From NCBI GenBank assembly GCA_002269645.1, contig NIVC01004817.1:1-34252 (forward strand): a stretch of DNA of 34,252 bases, written 5' to 3'. The translations under genes and the position numbers were made by a program. Shown here piece after piece: positions 8,513 through 20,330 of this stretch. The notes under the pieces are model-generated. The model searched no databases. It was not told the DNA's origin and saw nothing but the letters and a program-made list of their open reading frames with translations. The stretch comes from Macrostomum lignano (Eukaryota). Within the stretch, counting starts at the first letter, position 1, and the number at the start of each line of letters is the position of its first letter.

Positions 8513-11500
8513 ATGTCCACCTGCAGTGTTCCGGCTTCCTGCCTGGTCACTTTTACTGCTGCCTTGGCTTTGCTGTCAGCTGCTTTCAGCATTCAGGTAG
8601 GCATCATAATCAGCTGTCCGCTTCTGAACGGGGAATTCACCTGACTGTATTGATCGCTTTCAGGTGACATCTGCAGCAAGTTCGACGCGAAAGTACAGGC
8701 AAGTACTCGCTCTGCACAGCTGAAAATGTTCGAGAGTAATTTATTGTGAAGCTTTCTACTGTAACTGGCACTCCTGATCTCACTCGCATCTCTTATCACT
8801 CCTGATCTCACTCGCATCTCTTATCACTCCTGATCTCACTCGCATCTCTTATCACTCCTGATCTCACTCGCATCTCTTATCACTCCTGATCTCACTCGCA
8901 TTGTTAGTCTTATCGTCACTCCTGATCTCACTCGCATTGTTAGTCTTATCGTCACTCTTGATCTCACTCGCATTGTTAGTCTTATCGTCACTCCTGATCT
9001 CACTCGCATTGTTAGTCTTTTCGTCACTCCTAATCTCACTCGCATTGTCACTCTTATCGTCACTCCTAATCTCACTAGTATTGTTAGTCTTATCGTCACT
9101 CCTAATCTCTCTCGCATTGTCACTCTTATCGTCACTCCTAATTTCACTCGCATTGTCACTCTTATCATCACTCCTGATCTCACTCGCATCTCTTATCACT
9201 CCTGATCTCACTCGCATTGTCACTCTTATCATCACTCCTGATCTCACTCGCATTGTCACTCTTATCATCACTCCTGATCTCACTCGCATCTCTTATCACT
9301 CCTGATCTCACTCGTATTGTCACTCTTACCATCACTCCTGATATAATTCGTTTGTCACTCTGTTGTCACTCACTTTGTCACTCTTATCGTCACTCCTAAT
9401 TTCCACTCTCATTGTCACTTTTATCATCACTTCAAAGTTCAAAAAGCACCAATTTCCCACCAGCTAATTATAACAAATCATAATAATACTTTGTGACTGC
9501 ATCGCTCGCAGACTGCCATCCCATGTGAAACCGTTAAACTATCAGCTGTTCTTTGAGCCCAACTTAGCGTCAAACATCCTGGCTGGAAAAATGATTGCAA
9601 CAATTGCAGTGAGTGACGTTTTGAAGCTTTCTGAGTATGAAAAGTTGGGAGAAGGAGAGATGAGAGGGGATGGGTGCAAATAAAGGAGACATAAATACTA
9701 ACAACGAAGCTCATTATCAAATTTCAGATACCCGAGGCAGTCACTTCAATAGTTCTCAACGGCAACGCGGTGCTCCTGACAGGTGCTCCCAGTCTGAGCG
9801 GACGTGAGTAGGATTCCTGTGCTGTTGCTGTTGGGAGAAATGCTTCATGTGGCTGCGTGTGGTGCAGATTTTAATTGCTACTGGATAGTTTTAGAGCTGA
9901 TGTTGGGCAACTTAACTTGACAGCGGAGACCTTAATTGATTGTCTCCTCTCCAGTCACTAGCAATCTTCGCCTCTAGTTAGGAAAAGCAAAAAGAAATAA
10001 ATTGAACAACTAAGCAATTTATGTACAAGGCCTTGTGAAGTTGCAATTGCTAGTTTCCTAAATAAAAATATGTTTAAAGCAAAAATGCATCCTAAAAGGA
10101 TAAAATATTGGCATCCTGTTTGAGCTATCTAGCAATAAAGAAGTTATGCTAGTCGTACAACTTTTTAAAGATAAGCTTGCACACTTTGGAAATACCCTGA
10201 TTGTTATTAGGTGAAGTTGTATTGATTCAATATAGTGTATCAACCTTGTGTTGAGATTTGAAGAAGTCCGAGATTTGTGCTAAAAGAAACCAGCTTGAAG
10301 CTGTGCTTCAAGTTCATTTAAACTGCTGTCCGTTTATCATTGAGCATGAAAATTACAAGTTAATTGCTTTTCTACCCACTCAACCACTTCTTCCCTTTCA
10401 GGTTCGCCTCTGAACGTTACGTATGATCGTGACGCACAAATGATCAGTCTGAATTTTGCTGACCCAGTCCCTCCGGGCATCTGGGAGCTCTACGCATCGT
10501 TCACAGCTCGCATCAACACCCGTCTATCTGGCGTATTTCGAGTAGCTTCACCGCCTGGTAGCCCGCCACACTTGGACTCGACAATAATTGCCACCTATTT
10601 CCAGCCCACAGACGCTCGGAAAGCGTTTCCGTGCTGGGACGAGCCGGCAATGAAGGCCACCTTCGATCTGACCCTGACAGTCCCGGCTGACCTACTCGCG
10701 CTGTCCAACTCGCCTGAGGTGTCACGGAAGGTAATAACACACTCGTCGTCTTCCAAAAATCAAAGCGCCGCTCGGGTCGAAGTCCGATTCGCTCGTACAC
10801 CGCCAATGTCAACCTACCTGCTGGCATTCGTCATAGGTCGGTTCGACCAACCGTTGAAAACCGTCGACGAAAATGGTATAAACATCAGAGTCTACACGCC
10901 TCCAGGACGCCGCCATGAAGGCTCGTTTTCGTTGGGCATCGCCAACAAAACCTTGACACATTTTGGTAAACTGTTTGGCACGAATTATCCCCTGTCTAAG
11001 ATTGACCTCGTGTCCTTGCCAGACTTTCCCAGCGTGGCCATGGAGAACTGGGGCCTAGTGCTCTTCCATGAGCCCAGCTTGCTGGCATCGAAAGACACAC
11101 CAGAGGCACTTCGTGCATTCGTTGCTACGACCGTGATTCACGAGCTGGCTCACCAGTGGTTCGGCAATCTAGTTTCGCCCGCCTGGTGGTCCGACCTTTG
11201 GCTAAACGAGGGATTCGCCACTTGGTTGTCATACAACGAATTAGACGCAATTCGGCCTGGCTTGATCGACTCGCGGAGCTGGTTCGTGAGCACCGAGCTG
11301 CTGAGCGCCATGAGCGACGACGCTCTGGAAGCTTCGCACCCGGTCGAGGCCGACGTTCATCGACCGGAGGACACGGCGGAAGTGTTCGACTCGATCAGCT
11401 ACGGCAAAGGCGCGGCCCTCGTTGGCATGCTGCACGACTGGCTGGGACGCGAGAACTTCTTCGCTGGTCTGCGCAACTACATTCACCGGCATCGATTCGG

Positions 11501-12844
11501 CAACGCTGCCACCAGCGACCTATGGAAGGCGCTACAGGAGACGCTCAATGACAGACCCGCTGGAGAACCGTCGATAGCGGAGGTGATGCACGACTGGACA
11601 ACGCGGAAAAGCTTCCCGGTGATTTTCGCTTCCATCGAGACTGACGAATCTGGTTGCACTTTAAGACTCAGACAGAGCCGCTACCGTCTGCCAGGAGCGA
11701 TCGCCTTCACGACCGGTGGCTTTGGCGCATCCCGATCGTGATAGCAACGCAGGACGGCGACGTTATCAGACGGGTCATGACCAGATCGAGAATGACTATC
11801 CAACTGCCTAACTGCGGTTGGGCCATGCTTAATCCTAATGCTACTGGTTTCTATCGAACCTCTTACCCGCGCAGTCTGATGACCGAGCTGCTGAGAGAAG
11901 CAGTCAGAGGCGGCATCAGACCATCGGGACGTTTATTGCTGCTGGATGATGTGTACGCGATGCATGCAGCGGACCGAGTCTGGGCGGAGGACCCACTGCA
12001 TGCTGTACATGTGTTGCGTCACGACTCCAGCCTACAGGTGTGGACAAACATGCTGAATCACCTAAAAGAGATTGGCAGTGCAGTGCCAGTGAATAACAAG
12101 AAGGCTTTAAAAAACTGGCAGCGCTATGTTTACAATTTGTGCTTGACTCGATTGAGAGCTCATAACAGCGTTGGGCTGAAGAGTCTGCTAACAACTTGTT
12201 TGGCTTCTGTGGGCGATAGAAACGTAAAAAACTGGGCAGTGAAAGCGTTTCCTCGGTGGCTACATGGCACCAGACCAGAGACTATTTCGCCAGACTTGTG
12301 GAGCGTTGTGTGCCGAATCGCAGCTGGTGGCAGCAGCGGCGGCATCGGCGTGTCGCATTTCTGGCAGCTCTTGTCGGTATTGAATCGCACACAGTCGATA
12401 GCCCGACGGGAGGAAATCATCGGCTGTCTGGGTGCCTTTGAGGACAAGAAGCGGCCCGAAGTGGAGAAACGGCTGATCTCTCTGGCGCTAGGCCCGGAGC
12501 TGCAAGCTTCAGAGGTGCTTTGTCTGGTCGACGGTCTGAGCTCCAGATCGGTTTGGCGTCTCCTCACTCGACACTGGACTGCGATTGCGCGTCGCTTCGA
12601 AGGTCCCTACATGTTGAAACGCCTGATAAACGGACTTGCGTTTCGTTCAACGTCGGGTATCCGGCGTGTCCGACGGTTCTTCCGAAGCCACTCGGCTGTT
12701 GGAATTCGAAACGCCGTGCGGCGGCAGATTGAGCGACTCAGCGTGGCAGCGGAGCGAGTTGGAAAGGACCGGGTGGAGATGCGAGTTTTGGTTAATCGGG
12801 TGTTGGGTGGGCGTAACAGCTGGAAAAGACTCGGTTGGGATTAG
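8513..12844 (+). CDS. M1-family zinc aminopeptidase (APN/PSA/ERAP-like) copy 2 with N-terminal hydrophobic leader, ~911 aa after correcting one frameshift
   Basis: Phase-consistent exons 8513-8596 (MSTCSVPASCLVTFTAALALLSAAFSIQ), 8664-8698, 9512-9608, 9728-9803, 10402-12844. They splice to KYRLPSHVKPLNYQLFFEPNL, the typical M1 N-terminus. Motifs [52 protein letters not shown]-(HExxH)...WLNEGFA and SYGKG are present. There is a 1-bp deletion near 11698 (copy 1 has the extra T that restores GADRLHDRW). Confidence 0.9.
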
Positions 12845-12909
12845 CAGCATTGCTTGATGTGACTTTTACTCAGTTGACTGTGAACAAGCGATAATTTAAT
12901 TCCAAATAA
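8551..12909 (+). repeat. Segmental duplication copy B
   Basis: Direct-orientation match to 1-3946. The true left boundary lies outside the window for copy A. Confidence 0.9.
8770..9420. repeat. 28/36-bp minisatellite in aminopeptidase intron 2, copy 2 (longer than in copy 1)
   Basis: Same unit as 217-480 but about 650 bp long. Confidence 0.9.
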
Positions 12910-13706
12910 AAGACATAGGTTCGTTTAGTTTGCTTTTAAAGCCTAAAAGAAGGACTAAATTGTTTGGTCTAGGATTTCACGGAAAATCGCCGTTTCCTAT
13001 CCTGCTAGTACATTTTGCAGCAAACGGTTGCCTTTTAGCTCGTATTAGTGCTGTCGAAATTCGATGTCCTAATTTCTTTTCGGATAAGGTATTCTGTTTG
13101 TCTGTTTCTCTGTCTGTCCTTCTGTCTGTCTATCCCGCTGCAATATAATTTTTGCTAGTCAATTCAATTTTGTTGCTTCCCTGTTAAAGGTACCCGTACC
13201 TGCCACAACAAAAGCAGCCCCGCATTACTCGTGAGCACTTCTTTTAAGACTAGCGCACATTGACTCAAGTTGTCATGCAGTAAAAACACTTCCAGTAGAA
13301 ACTGGATTGTCAGCTTCAGTGCTCCATTTGCTTTCGCAAATTTCGTCTCTCCGGAAAGGCAGCAACGCTAGTTTTATTATTCTTTATTATCGTACTTGCT
13401 CTCCAGTAACATACTGCCAACTCTTCTAACTCTAAGAATGAGAGACTGCACACTTGCTCGTTCTCTTCCTCTCCTTCGCGCTTGGCTTGCATAAATGTCT
13501 AACAGAAATTGCGTACACACGAGTCTATTATCAGGGAACAGTAATTGGACAGTCCTCGAAGATCGAAAATATAAATTTTAGCGCTCAGAACGGATTTGCG
13601 CTGCAAGCGCGCAATTGCATTCTAGTTTGTTAATTTGTGTATAAAGGTGTGTCAGATTAAACTCGACTTGCTGGATCAGGAAAACATCGCCCTGACTGAT
13701 CGGGGC

Positions 13707-16700
13707 ATGGAGAATTACTCGGAAAGTAGCGGCGGTAACGACGCCGGAGACAGCGCAACTGTGTCCGCACCTGAGCCTGGCTACGACATACCGCCGCACA
13801 GAACGACCAGAAGGGCTGCGCCGCCGCCACCCCCGCTGACAAGCGATCAGAACGAATTTGACAACGCTAGACAGCCGACAAGCCCAAGCCGAATTCGAAG
13901 CGAAGAAGATTACCGACTGTGGCTCGAGAGCAACTTTCAACATTACTTTGATCAGCACGAAGCCGAAGGTGGCATTCCAACTCGACAGCTTGTGGAAATA
14001 CTTTGTACTGACCAAAATGCTGACCGACTTCACCAGAGGAAACTCAGTCGACTGATGACCGACATGAATGCCAATCCGGATGGCAGAGTGTCCTGGAAGG
14101 AGTTCTTCTCCAAGGTTTGTCTTTTGCGCGAATATTTTGCTTTAAATTATTACACGATAACCTTATATTCAAGGTGACAAGCTTTTCGTCGCCACGCGTT
14201 GAACTTTACCCGAGAATCCTCTGCTGTAGTGTGGTTTCTGTACGATTCATGCTGTTTTTAATGCAAAAGTACATTTTGGAGAACTCTATCTATACTGGCT
14301 TCGAAGTAAACCTTTGCAAAACGTTGAATAACTTTAATGAAAAACGGAGGCAGAGCAGTAAAACACATTATCCAGATGAGGTACGAAGTTGCACCCAATG
14401 GCATGAATACTGATGGATAACCAAAGAAATCACGATAGTTTTTTGCGTCTTTATTAAAAAATGTTAATCAAAACTCGGTAACAGCGAATATCGATGTGAC
14501 CAATAAGGACAGGTTTTTTTAATTAGTTTCATATACGAGCCATATATTTTGTCTTTCAGTTAAGACAAGTCATACATCGTACTAAAATAATTTAATTTAG
14601 TCAGTGTCACACTGAGTTGGTTTCTGTGACTGTGACGTTTTACTTCAATTTAATAATATTAGGCTACGTGCTTTCTGTACACTTTGCACAAACCCCAGTA
14701 ACTAAGTAATCCATCTATTGTACATGCAGCTTAGAGAAGCCTGTGAGGGCCACTGCAGACGTCTCTTATCTATTTAAACATTAACGGACCCTTGTAGCCT
14801 AAACTAGCTATCGACTTTATGGAATAGCTCGTATAAAATGCGTTCTGACCGTGCTTACCAAATATCTACATAACCAATACTTTCTCCCATAACCAAATAA
14901 CAAATGCAGTTAACCATCACCCGGCGACAAGACCTCAGCCGCACGCAGCTATTTCTAGTGGAATTAATTCGAGCAGCCGTGCCAGCCGTTGAGCGTTACG
15001 AACAAAAACAAATTTTCAGGTGGACTGGCGTAGATCAACTGGACGGTGCTGAGAAGGAGACAGACTACGAATCATATCTGGAAGCTTACAACTGCAGACC
15101 GCCGTCTATCTTTATTCCTGTTTGTTGCCTTGCTCAGGTACTTCGTAAGCTATTCTGACAGTGGATAATGAGCTACCAGTCCGCTCGTATATTAGAAACC
15201 TTTTACTAACGACCTGTCAGTATTAGCTGATGACCCTGTAGCTTTTCCATGCAGTGCTGTCCTGTTAGTATCATCACTGACGACCCTGTAGCTTTCCCAT
15301 GCAGTGCTGTCCTGTTAGTATCATCACTGAAGACCCTGTAGCTTTCCCATGCAGTGCTGTCCTGTTAGTATCATCACTGAAGACCCTGTAGCTTTCCCAT
15401 GCAGTGCTGTCCTGTTAGTATCATCACTGAAGACCCTGTAGCTTTCCCATGCAGTGCTGTCCTGTTAGTATCATCACTGAAGACCCTGTAGCTTTCCATG
15501 CAGTGCTGTCCTGTTAGTATCATCACTGAAGACCCTGTAGCTTTCCCATGCAGTGCTGTCCTGTTAGTATCATCACTGAAGACCCTGTAGCTTTCCCATG
15601 CAGTGCTGTCCTGTTAGTATCATCACTGAAGACCCTGTAGCTTTCCATGCAGTGCTGTCCTGTTAGTATCATCACTGAAGACCCTGTAGCTTTTCCATGC
15701 AGTGCTGTCCTGTTAGTATCATCACTGAAGACCCTGTAGCTTTCCCATGCAGTGCTGTCCTGTTAGTATCATCACTGAAGACCCTGTAGCTTTCAAATGC
15801 AGTGTTGTCCTGTTAGTATCATCACTGAAGACCCTGTAGCTTTCAAATGCAGTGTTGTCCTGTTAGTATCATCACTGAAGACCCTGTAGCTTTCCCATGC
15901 AGTGCTGTCCTGTTAGTATCATCACTGAAGACCCTGTAGCTTTACCATGCAGTGCTGTCCTGTTAGTATCATCACTGAAGACCCTGTAGCTTTTCCATGC
16001 AGTGCTGTCCGGTTAGTATCATCACTGAAGACCCTGTAGCTTTCCCATGCAGTGCTGTCCTGTTAGTATCATCACTGAAGACCCTGTAGCTTTTCCATGC
16101 AGTGCTGTCCTGTTAGTATCATCACTGAAGACCCTGTAGCTTTCCCATGCAGTGCTGTCCTGTTAGTATAATCACTGAAGACCCTGTAGCTTTCAAATGC
16201 AGTGTTGTCCTGTTAGTATCATCACTGAAGACCCTGTAGCTTTCAAATGCAGTGTTGTCCTGTTAGTATCATCACTGAAGACCCTGTAGCTTTCAAATGC
16301 AGTGTTGTCCTGTTAGTATCATCACTGACGACCCTGTAGCTTTCCCATGCAGTGCTGTCCTGTTAGTATCATCACTGACGACCCTGTAGCTTTCCCATGC
16401 AGTGCTGTCCTGTTAGTATCATCACTGACGACCCTGTAGCTTTCCCATGCAGTGCTGTCCTGTTAGTATCATCACTGACGACCCTGTAGCTTTCCCATGC
16501 AGTGCTGTCCTGTTAGTATCATCACTGACGACCCTGTAGCTTTCCCATGCAGTGCTGTCCTGTTAGTATCATCACTGAAGACCCTGTAGCTTTTCCATGC
16601 AGTGCTGTCCTGTTAGTATCATCACTGAAGACCCTGTAGCTTTCCCATGCAGTGCTGTCCTGTTAGTATCATCACTGAAGACCCTGTAGCTTTCAAATGC

Positions 16701-19667
16701 AGTGTTGTCCTGTTAGTATCATCACTGAAGACCCTGTAGCTTTCAAATGCAGTGTTGTCCTGTTAGTATCATCACTGAAGACCCTGTAGCTTTCCCATGC
16801 AGTGCTGTCCTGTTAGTATCATCACTGACGACCCTGTAGCTTTCCCATGCAGTGCTGTCCTGTTAGTATCATCACTGACGACCCTGTAGCTTTCCCATGC
16901 AGTGCTGTCCTGTTAGTATCATCACTGACGACCCTGTAGCTTTCCCATGCAGTGCTGTCCTGTTAGTATCATCACTGACGACCCTGTAGCTTTCCCATGC
17001 AGTGCTGTCCTGTTAGTATCATCACTGAAGACCCTGTAGCTTTCCCATGCAGTGCTGTCCTGTTAGTATCATCACTGACGACCCTGTAGCTTTCCCATGC
17101 AGTGCTGTCCTGTTAGTATCATCACTGAAGACCCTGTAGCTTTTCCATGCAGTGCTGTCCTGTTAGTATCATCACTGAAGACCCTGTAGCTTTTCCATGC
17201 AGTGCTGTCCTGTTAGTATCATCACTGAAGACCCTGTAGCTTTCCCATGCAGTGCTGTCCTGTTAGTATCATCACTGACGACCCTGTAGCTTTACCATGC
17301 AGTGCTGTCCTGTTAGTATCATCACTGAAGACCCTGTAGCTTTCCCATGCAGTGCTGTCCTGTTAGTATCATCACTGACGACCCTGTAGCTTTCACACGC
17401 AGTGCTGTCCTGTTAGTATCATCACTGACGACCCTGAGGCTCCCAGGATTTCCTGTTAGCGAGCTACAGTCTCGTAATAAAACCCGTACCCACAATCGCC
17501 CAGATAATCTGCTTTATAGTCTACGCAGTGGAACTGAACAATGGACCAGACGTGAACAACCGTGTTGGTTGGGCAACCGGTCTTCCATACTATTCTCCGC
17601 TACTCTTCAGTCCGCAAAAGAAGAAAGAGGCTTGGCGATTTATAAGCTACATGCTTCTACACTGCGGCTATCATCATCTATTGTTTAACTTGGCTATTCA
17701 ACTTCTGCTGGGCGTACCGCTAGAGTTGGTGCACAAAGCTTGGCGCGTAGGGCCCACCTATATGGCTGGTGTATTGGGTGAGAAGTTGAGTCACTGCTGC
17801 TAACCTAAATATCCATCTGACTCGTTTCTATATAGTATATGTTAGATGTTTTTTAAGAATCAAGACCGTTTGTGTGAAAAAAGCCGAGGTCCCTTGCCTA
17901 ACAATAGAAGTTTCCAATTTCCAATGATTTAGTCTTCTCTGATCTTTGCATTTCTTCTGCCTTAAAAATTCAGCTCCTGAGCTCCTGTCTAGCGGGTTCA
18001 GCTCCTGTCTAATAGGTTCAGCTCCTGTCCAATAGGTTCAGCTCCTGTCTAACAGGTTCAGCTCCTGTCTAGCGGGTTCAGCTCCTGTCTAACAGGTTCA
18101 GCTCCTGTCTAATAGGTTCAGCTCCTGTCTAATAGGTTCAGCTCCTGTCTAGCGGGTTCAGCTCCTGTCTAATAGGTTCAGCTCCTGTCCAATAGGTTCA
18201 GCTCCTGTCTAACAGGTTCAGCTCCTGTCTAATAGGTTCAGCTCCTGTCTAATAGGTTCAGCTCCTGTCTAGCGGGTTCAGCTCCTGTCTAATAGGTGCA
18301 GCTCCTGTCTAATAGGTTCAGCTCCTGTCTAGCGGGTTCAGCTCCTGTCTAATAGGTGCAGCTCCTGTCTAATAGGTTCAGCTCCTGTCTAGCGGGTTCA
18401 GCTCCTGTCTAATAGGTGCAGCTCCTGTCTAATAGGTTCAGCTCCTGTCTAGCGGGTTCAGCTCCTGTCTAATAGGTGCAGCTCCTGTCTAATAGGTTCA
18501 GCTCCTGTCTAGCGGGTTCAGCTCCTGTCTAACAGGTTCAGCTCCTGTCTAATAGGTTCAGCTCCTGTCTAATAGGTTCAGCTCCTGTCTAGCGGGTTCA
18601 GCTCCTGTCTAATAGGTTCAGCTCCTGTCTAACAGGTTCAGCTCCTGTCTAGCGCGTTCAGCTCCTGTCTAATAGGTGCAGCTCCTGTCTAATAGATTCA
18701 GCTCCTGTCTAGCGGGTTCAGCTCCTGTCTAATAGGTTCAGCTCCTGTCTAACAGGTTCAGCTCCTGTCTAGCGCGTTCAGCTCCTGTCTAATAGGTGCA
18801 GCTCCTGTCTAATAGGTTCAGCTCCTGTCTAATAGGTTCAGCTCCTGTCTAGCGGGTTCAGCTCCTGTCTAATAGGTGCAGCTCCTGTCTAATAGGTTCA
18901 GCTCCTGTCTAGCGGGTTCAGCTCCTGTCTAATAGGTGCAGCTCCTGTCTAATAGGTTCAGCTCCTGTCTAACAGGTTCAGCTCCTGTCTAGCGCGTTCA
19001 GCTCCTGTCTAACAGGTTCAGCTCCTGTCTAATAGGTTCAGCTCCTGTTTAACAGGTTCAGCTCCTGTCTAGCAGGTTCCTCAGTTCTTGTCTAACAGAT
19101 TCGGCTATTGTCTAGCAGTAATGTTTAAAAGTAGTAATAGTCCATGTCTATCAAGTTCACGAGTCCTACCGTATCGCGCCCTATGCAACAGGCGGTTCGG
19201 TATGCTCGGCGGTGTTCGACCACACAACGGCCTTAGTGGGTGCTAGCGGCGGCTGCTACGCGCTGATGGGCGCGCACATCGCCCTGGTGGTGATGAACTG
19301 GAGAGAGACGCAGCACGAGTGGCTGAAATGCCGAAAGCCGTCAATTGAAGGCGGCGGAATCGGCAGCGTTGCCCAATTCCTGCTCAGCGGAGTGATGCGT
19401 CTGGTGTTCCTTCTGCTGCTGCTGGCGCTGGACTTCGGCGTCGCTCTCTACCAACGCTACGGCTTGAACGAGGATACACGAGTCAGCTTTCTGGCTCACG
19501 CGGGCGGTCTAATATTCGGCTTCCTGGTTGGCATTCCGGTGTTAAAAAATCTGGACAAACTGCCTTGGGAGGTCTGCATGTTCTGGATCTGTCTGGTCAT
19601 CGGCATCTGCCTGATGGTGGCAGCCGTGTTGTATTTGGGCGTGTCTGACTTTATTGGAACTTACTAA
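13707..19667 (+). CDS. Rhomboid intramembrane serine protease with N-terminal EF-hand (RHBDL1/RHBDL3 / rhomboid-4-like)
   Basis: Phase-consistent exons ~13707-14114 (start uncertain; EF-hand DMNANPDGRVSWKEFF), 14910-15137 (YNCRPPSIFI), 17504-17777 (EAWRFISYMLLHCGYHHLLFN...GVPLELVH), 19192-19667 (catalytic GASGG and AHAGG; TAA at 19665-19667). GT-AG at all three introns. Confidence 0.9.
15227..17436. repeat. 50-bp minisatellite (GACCCTGTAGCTTTCCCATGCAGTGCTGTCCTGTTAGTATCATCACTGAA), ~44 copies, in rhomboid intron
   Basis: Directly visible; no unique spacers. Confidence 0.97.
17969..19080. repeat. 20-bp minisatellite (TTCAGCTCCTGTCTAATAGG), ~55 copies, in rhomboid intron
   Basis: Directly visible; AATA/GCG/AACA variants. 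Confidence 0.97.
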
Positions 19668-19826
19668 CATTAGGTGGGAAGCTTTGACTGGATTTCTCAC
19701 ATTCAGGGAAATGTCGCACACGCGTCCACTATGCCCAGTATTTTATATGAATAGCAACATGTGCTAGAGGGATTTGAGTCAGGGATTTGAAGACCGTCAA
19801 GTACGATCACAAGCTGAGTGCTCAAG

Positions 19827-20330
19827 CTTGGTCACGAATCTCGAATCAAAGGTGTCAGACTTGGTCACGAATCTCGAATCACAGGTGTCAGACTTGGACA
19901 CGAATCTCGAATCACAGGTGTCAGACTTGGTCACGAATCTCGAATCACAGGTGTCAGACTTGGTCACGAATCTCGAATCACAGGTGTCAGACTTGGTCAC
20001 GAATCTCGAATCAAAGGTGTCAGACTTGGTCACGAATCTCGAATCACAGGTGTCAGACTTGGTCACGAATCTCGAATCACAGGTGTTAGACTTGGTCACG
20101 AATCTCGAATCACAGGTGTTAGACTTGGTCACGAATCTCGAATCACAGGTGTCAGACTTGGTCACGAATCTCGAATCACAGGTGTCAGACTTGGTCACGA
20201 ATCTCGAATCACAGGTGTCAGACTTGGTCACGAATCTCGAATCACAGGTGTCAGACTTGGTCACGAATCTCGAATCACAGGTGTCAGACTTGGTCACGAA
20301 TCTCGAATCACAGGTGTTAGACTTGGTCAC
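19827..20330. repeat. 33-bp minisatellite (CTTGGTCACGAATCTCGAATCACAGGTGTCAGA), ~15 copies
   Basis: Directly visible, ~160 bp downstream of the rhomboid stop. Confidence 0.97.

Noticed and set aside
10402-12844. Bacterial/horizontal origin of the intronless GC-richer aminopeptidase exon
   Set aside because: It splices to four host-type exons, and the rhomboid's last exon is similarly GC-rich, so composition is not discriminating; only phylogeny could decide
13000-13160. CTGT-type microsatellite with weak flanking inverted similarity (possible Helentron/HINE relic)
   Set aside because: Inverted match too weak and no clear termini
15227-17436. CRISPR-like regular repeats (also the 20-, 30- and 33-bp arrays)
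   Set aside because: No unique spacers, no cas genes; eukaryotic intronic context
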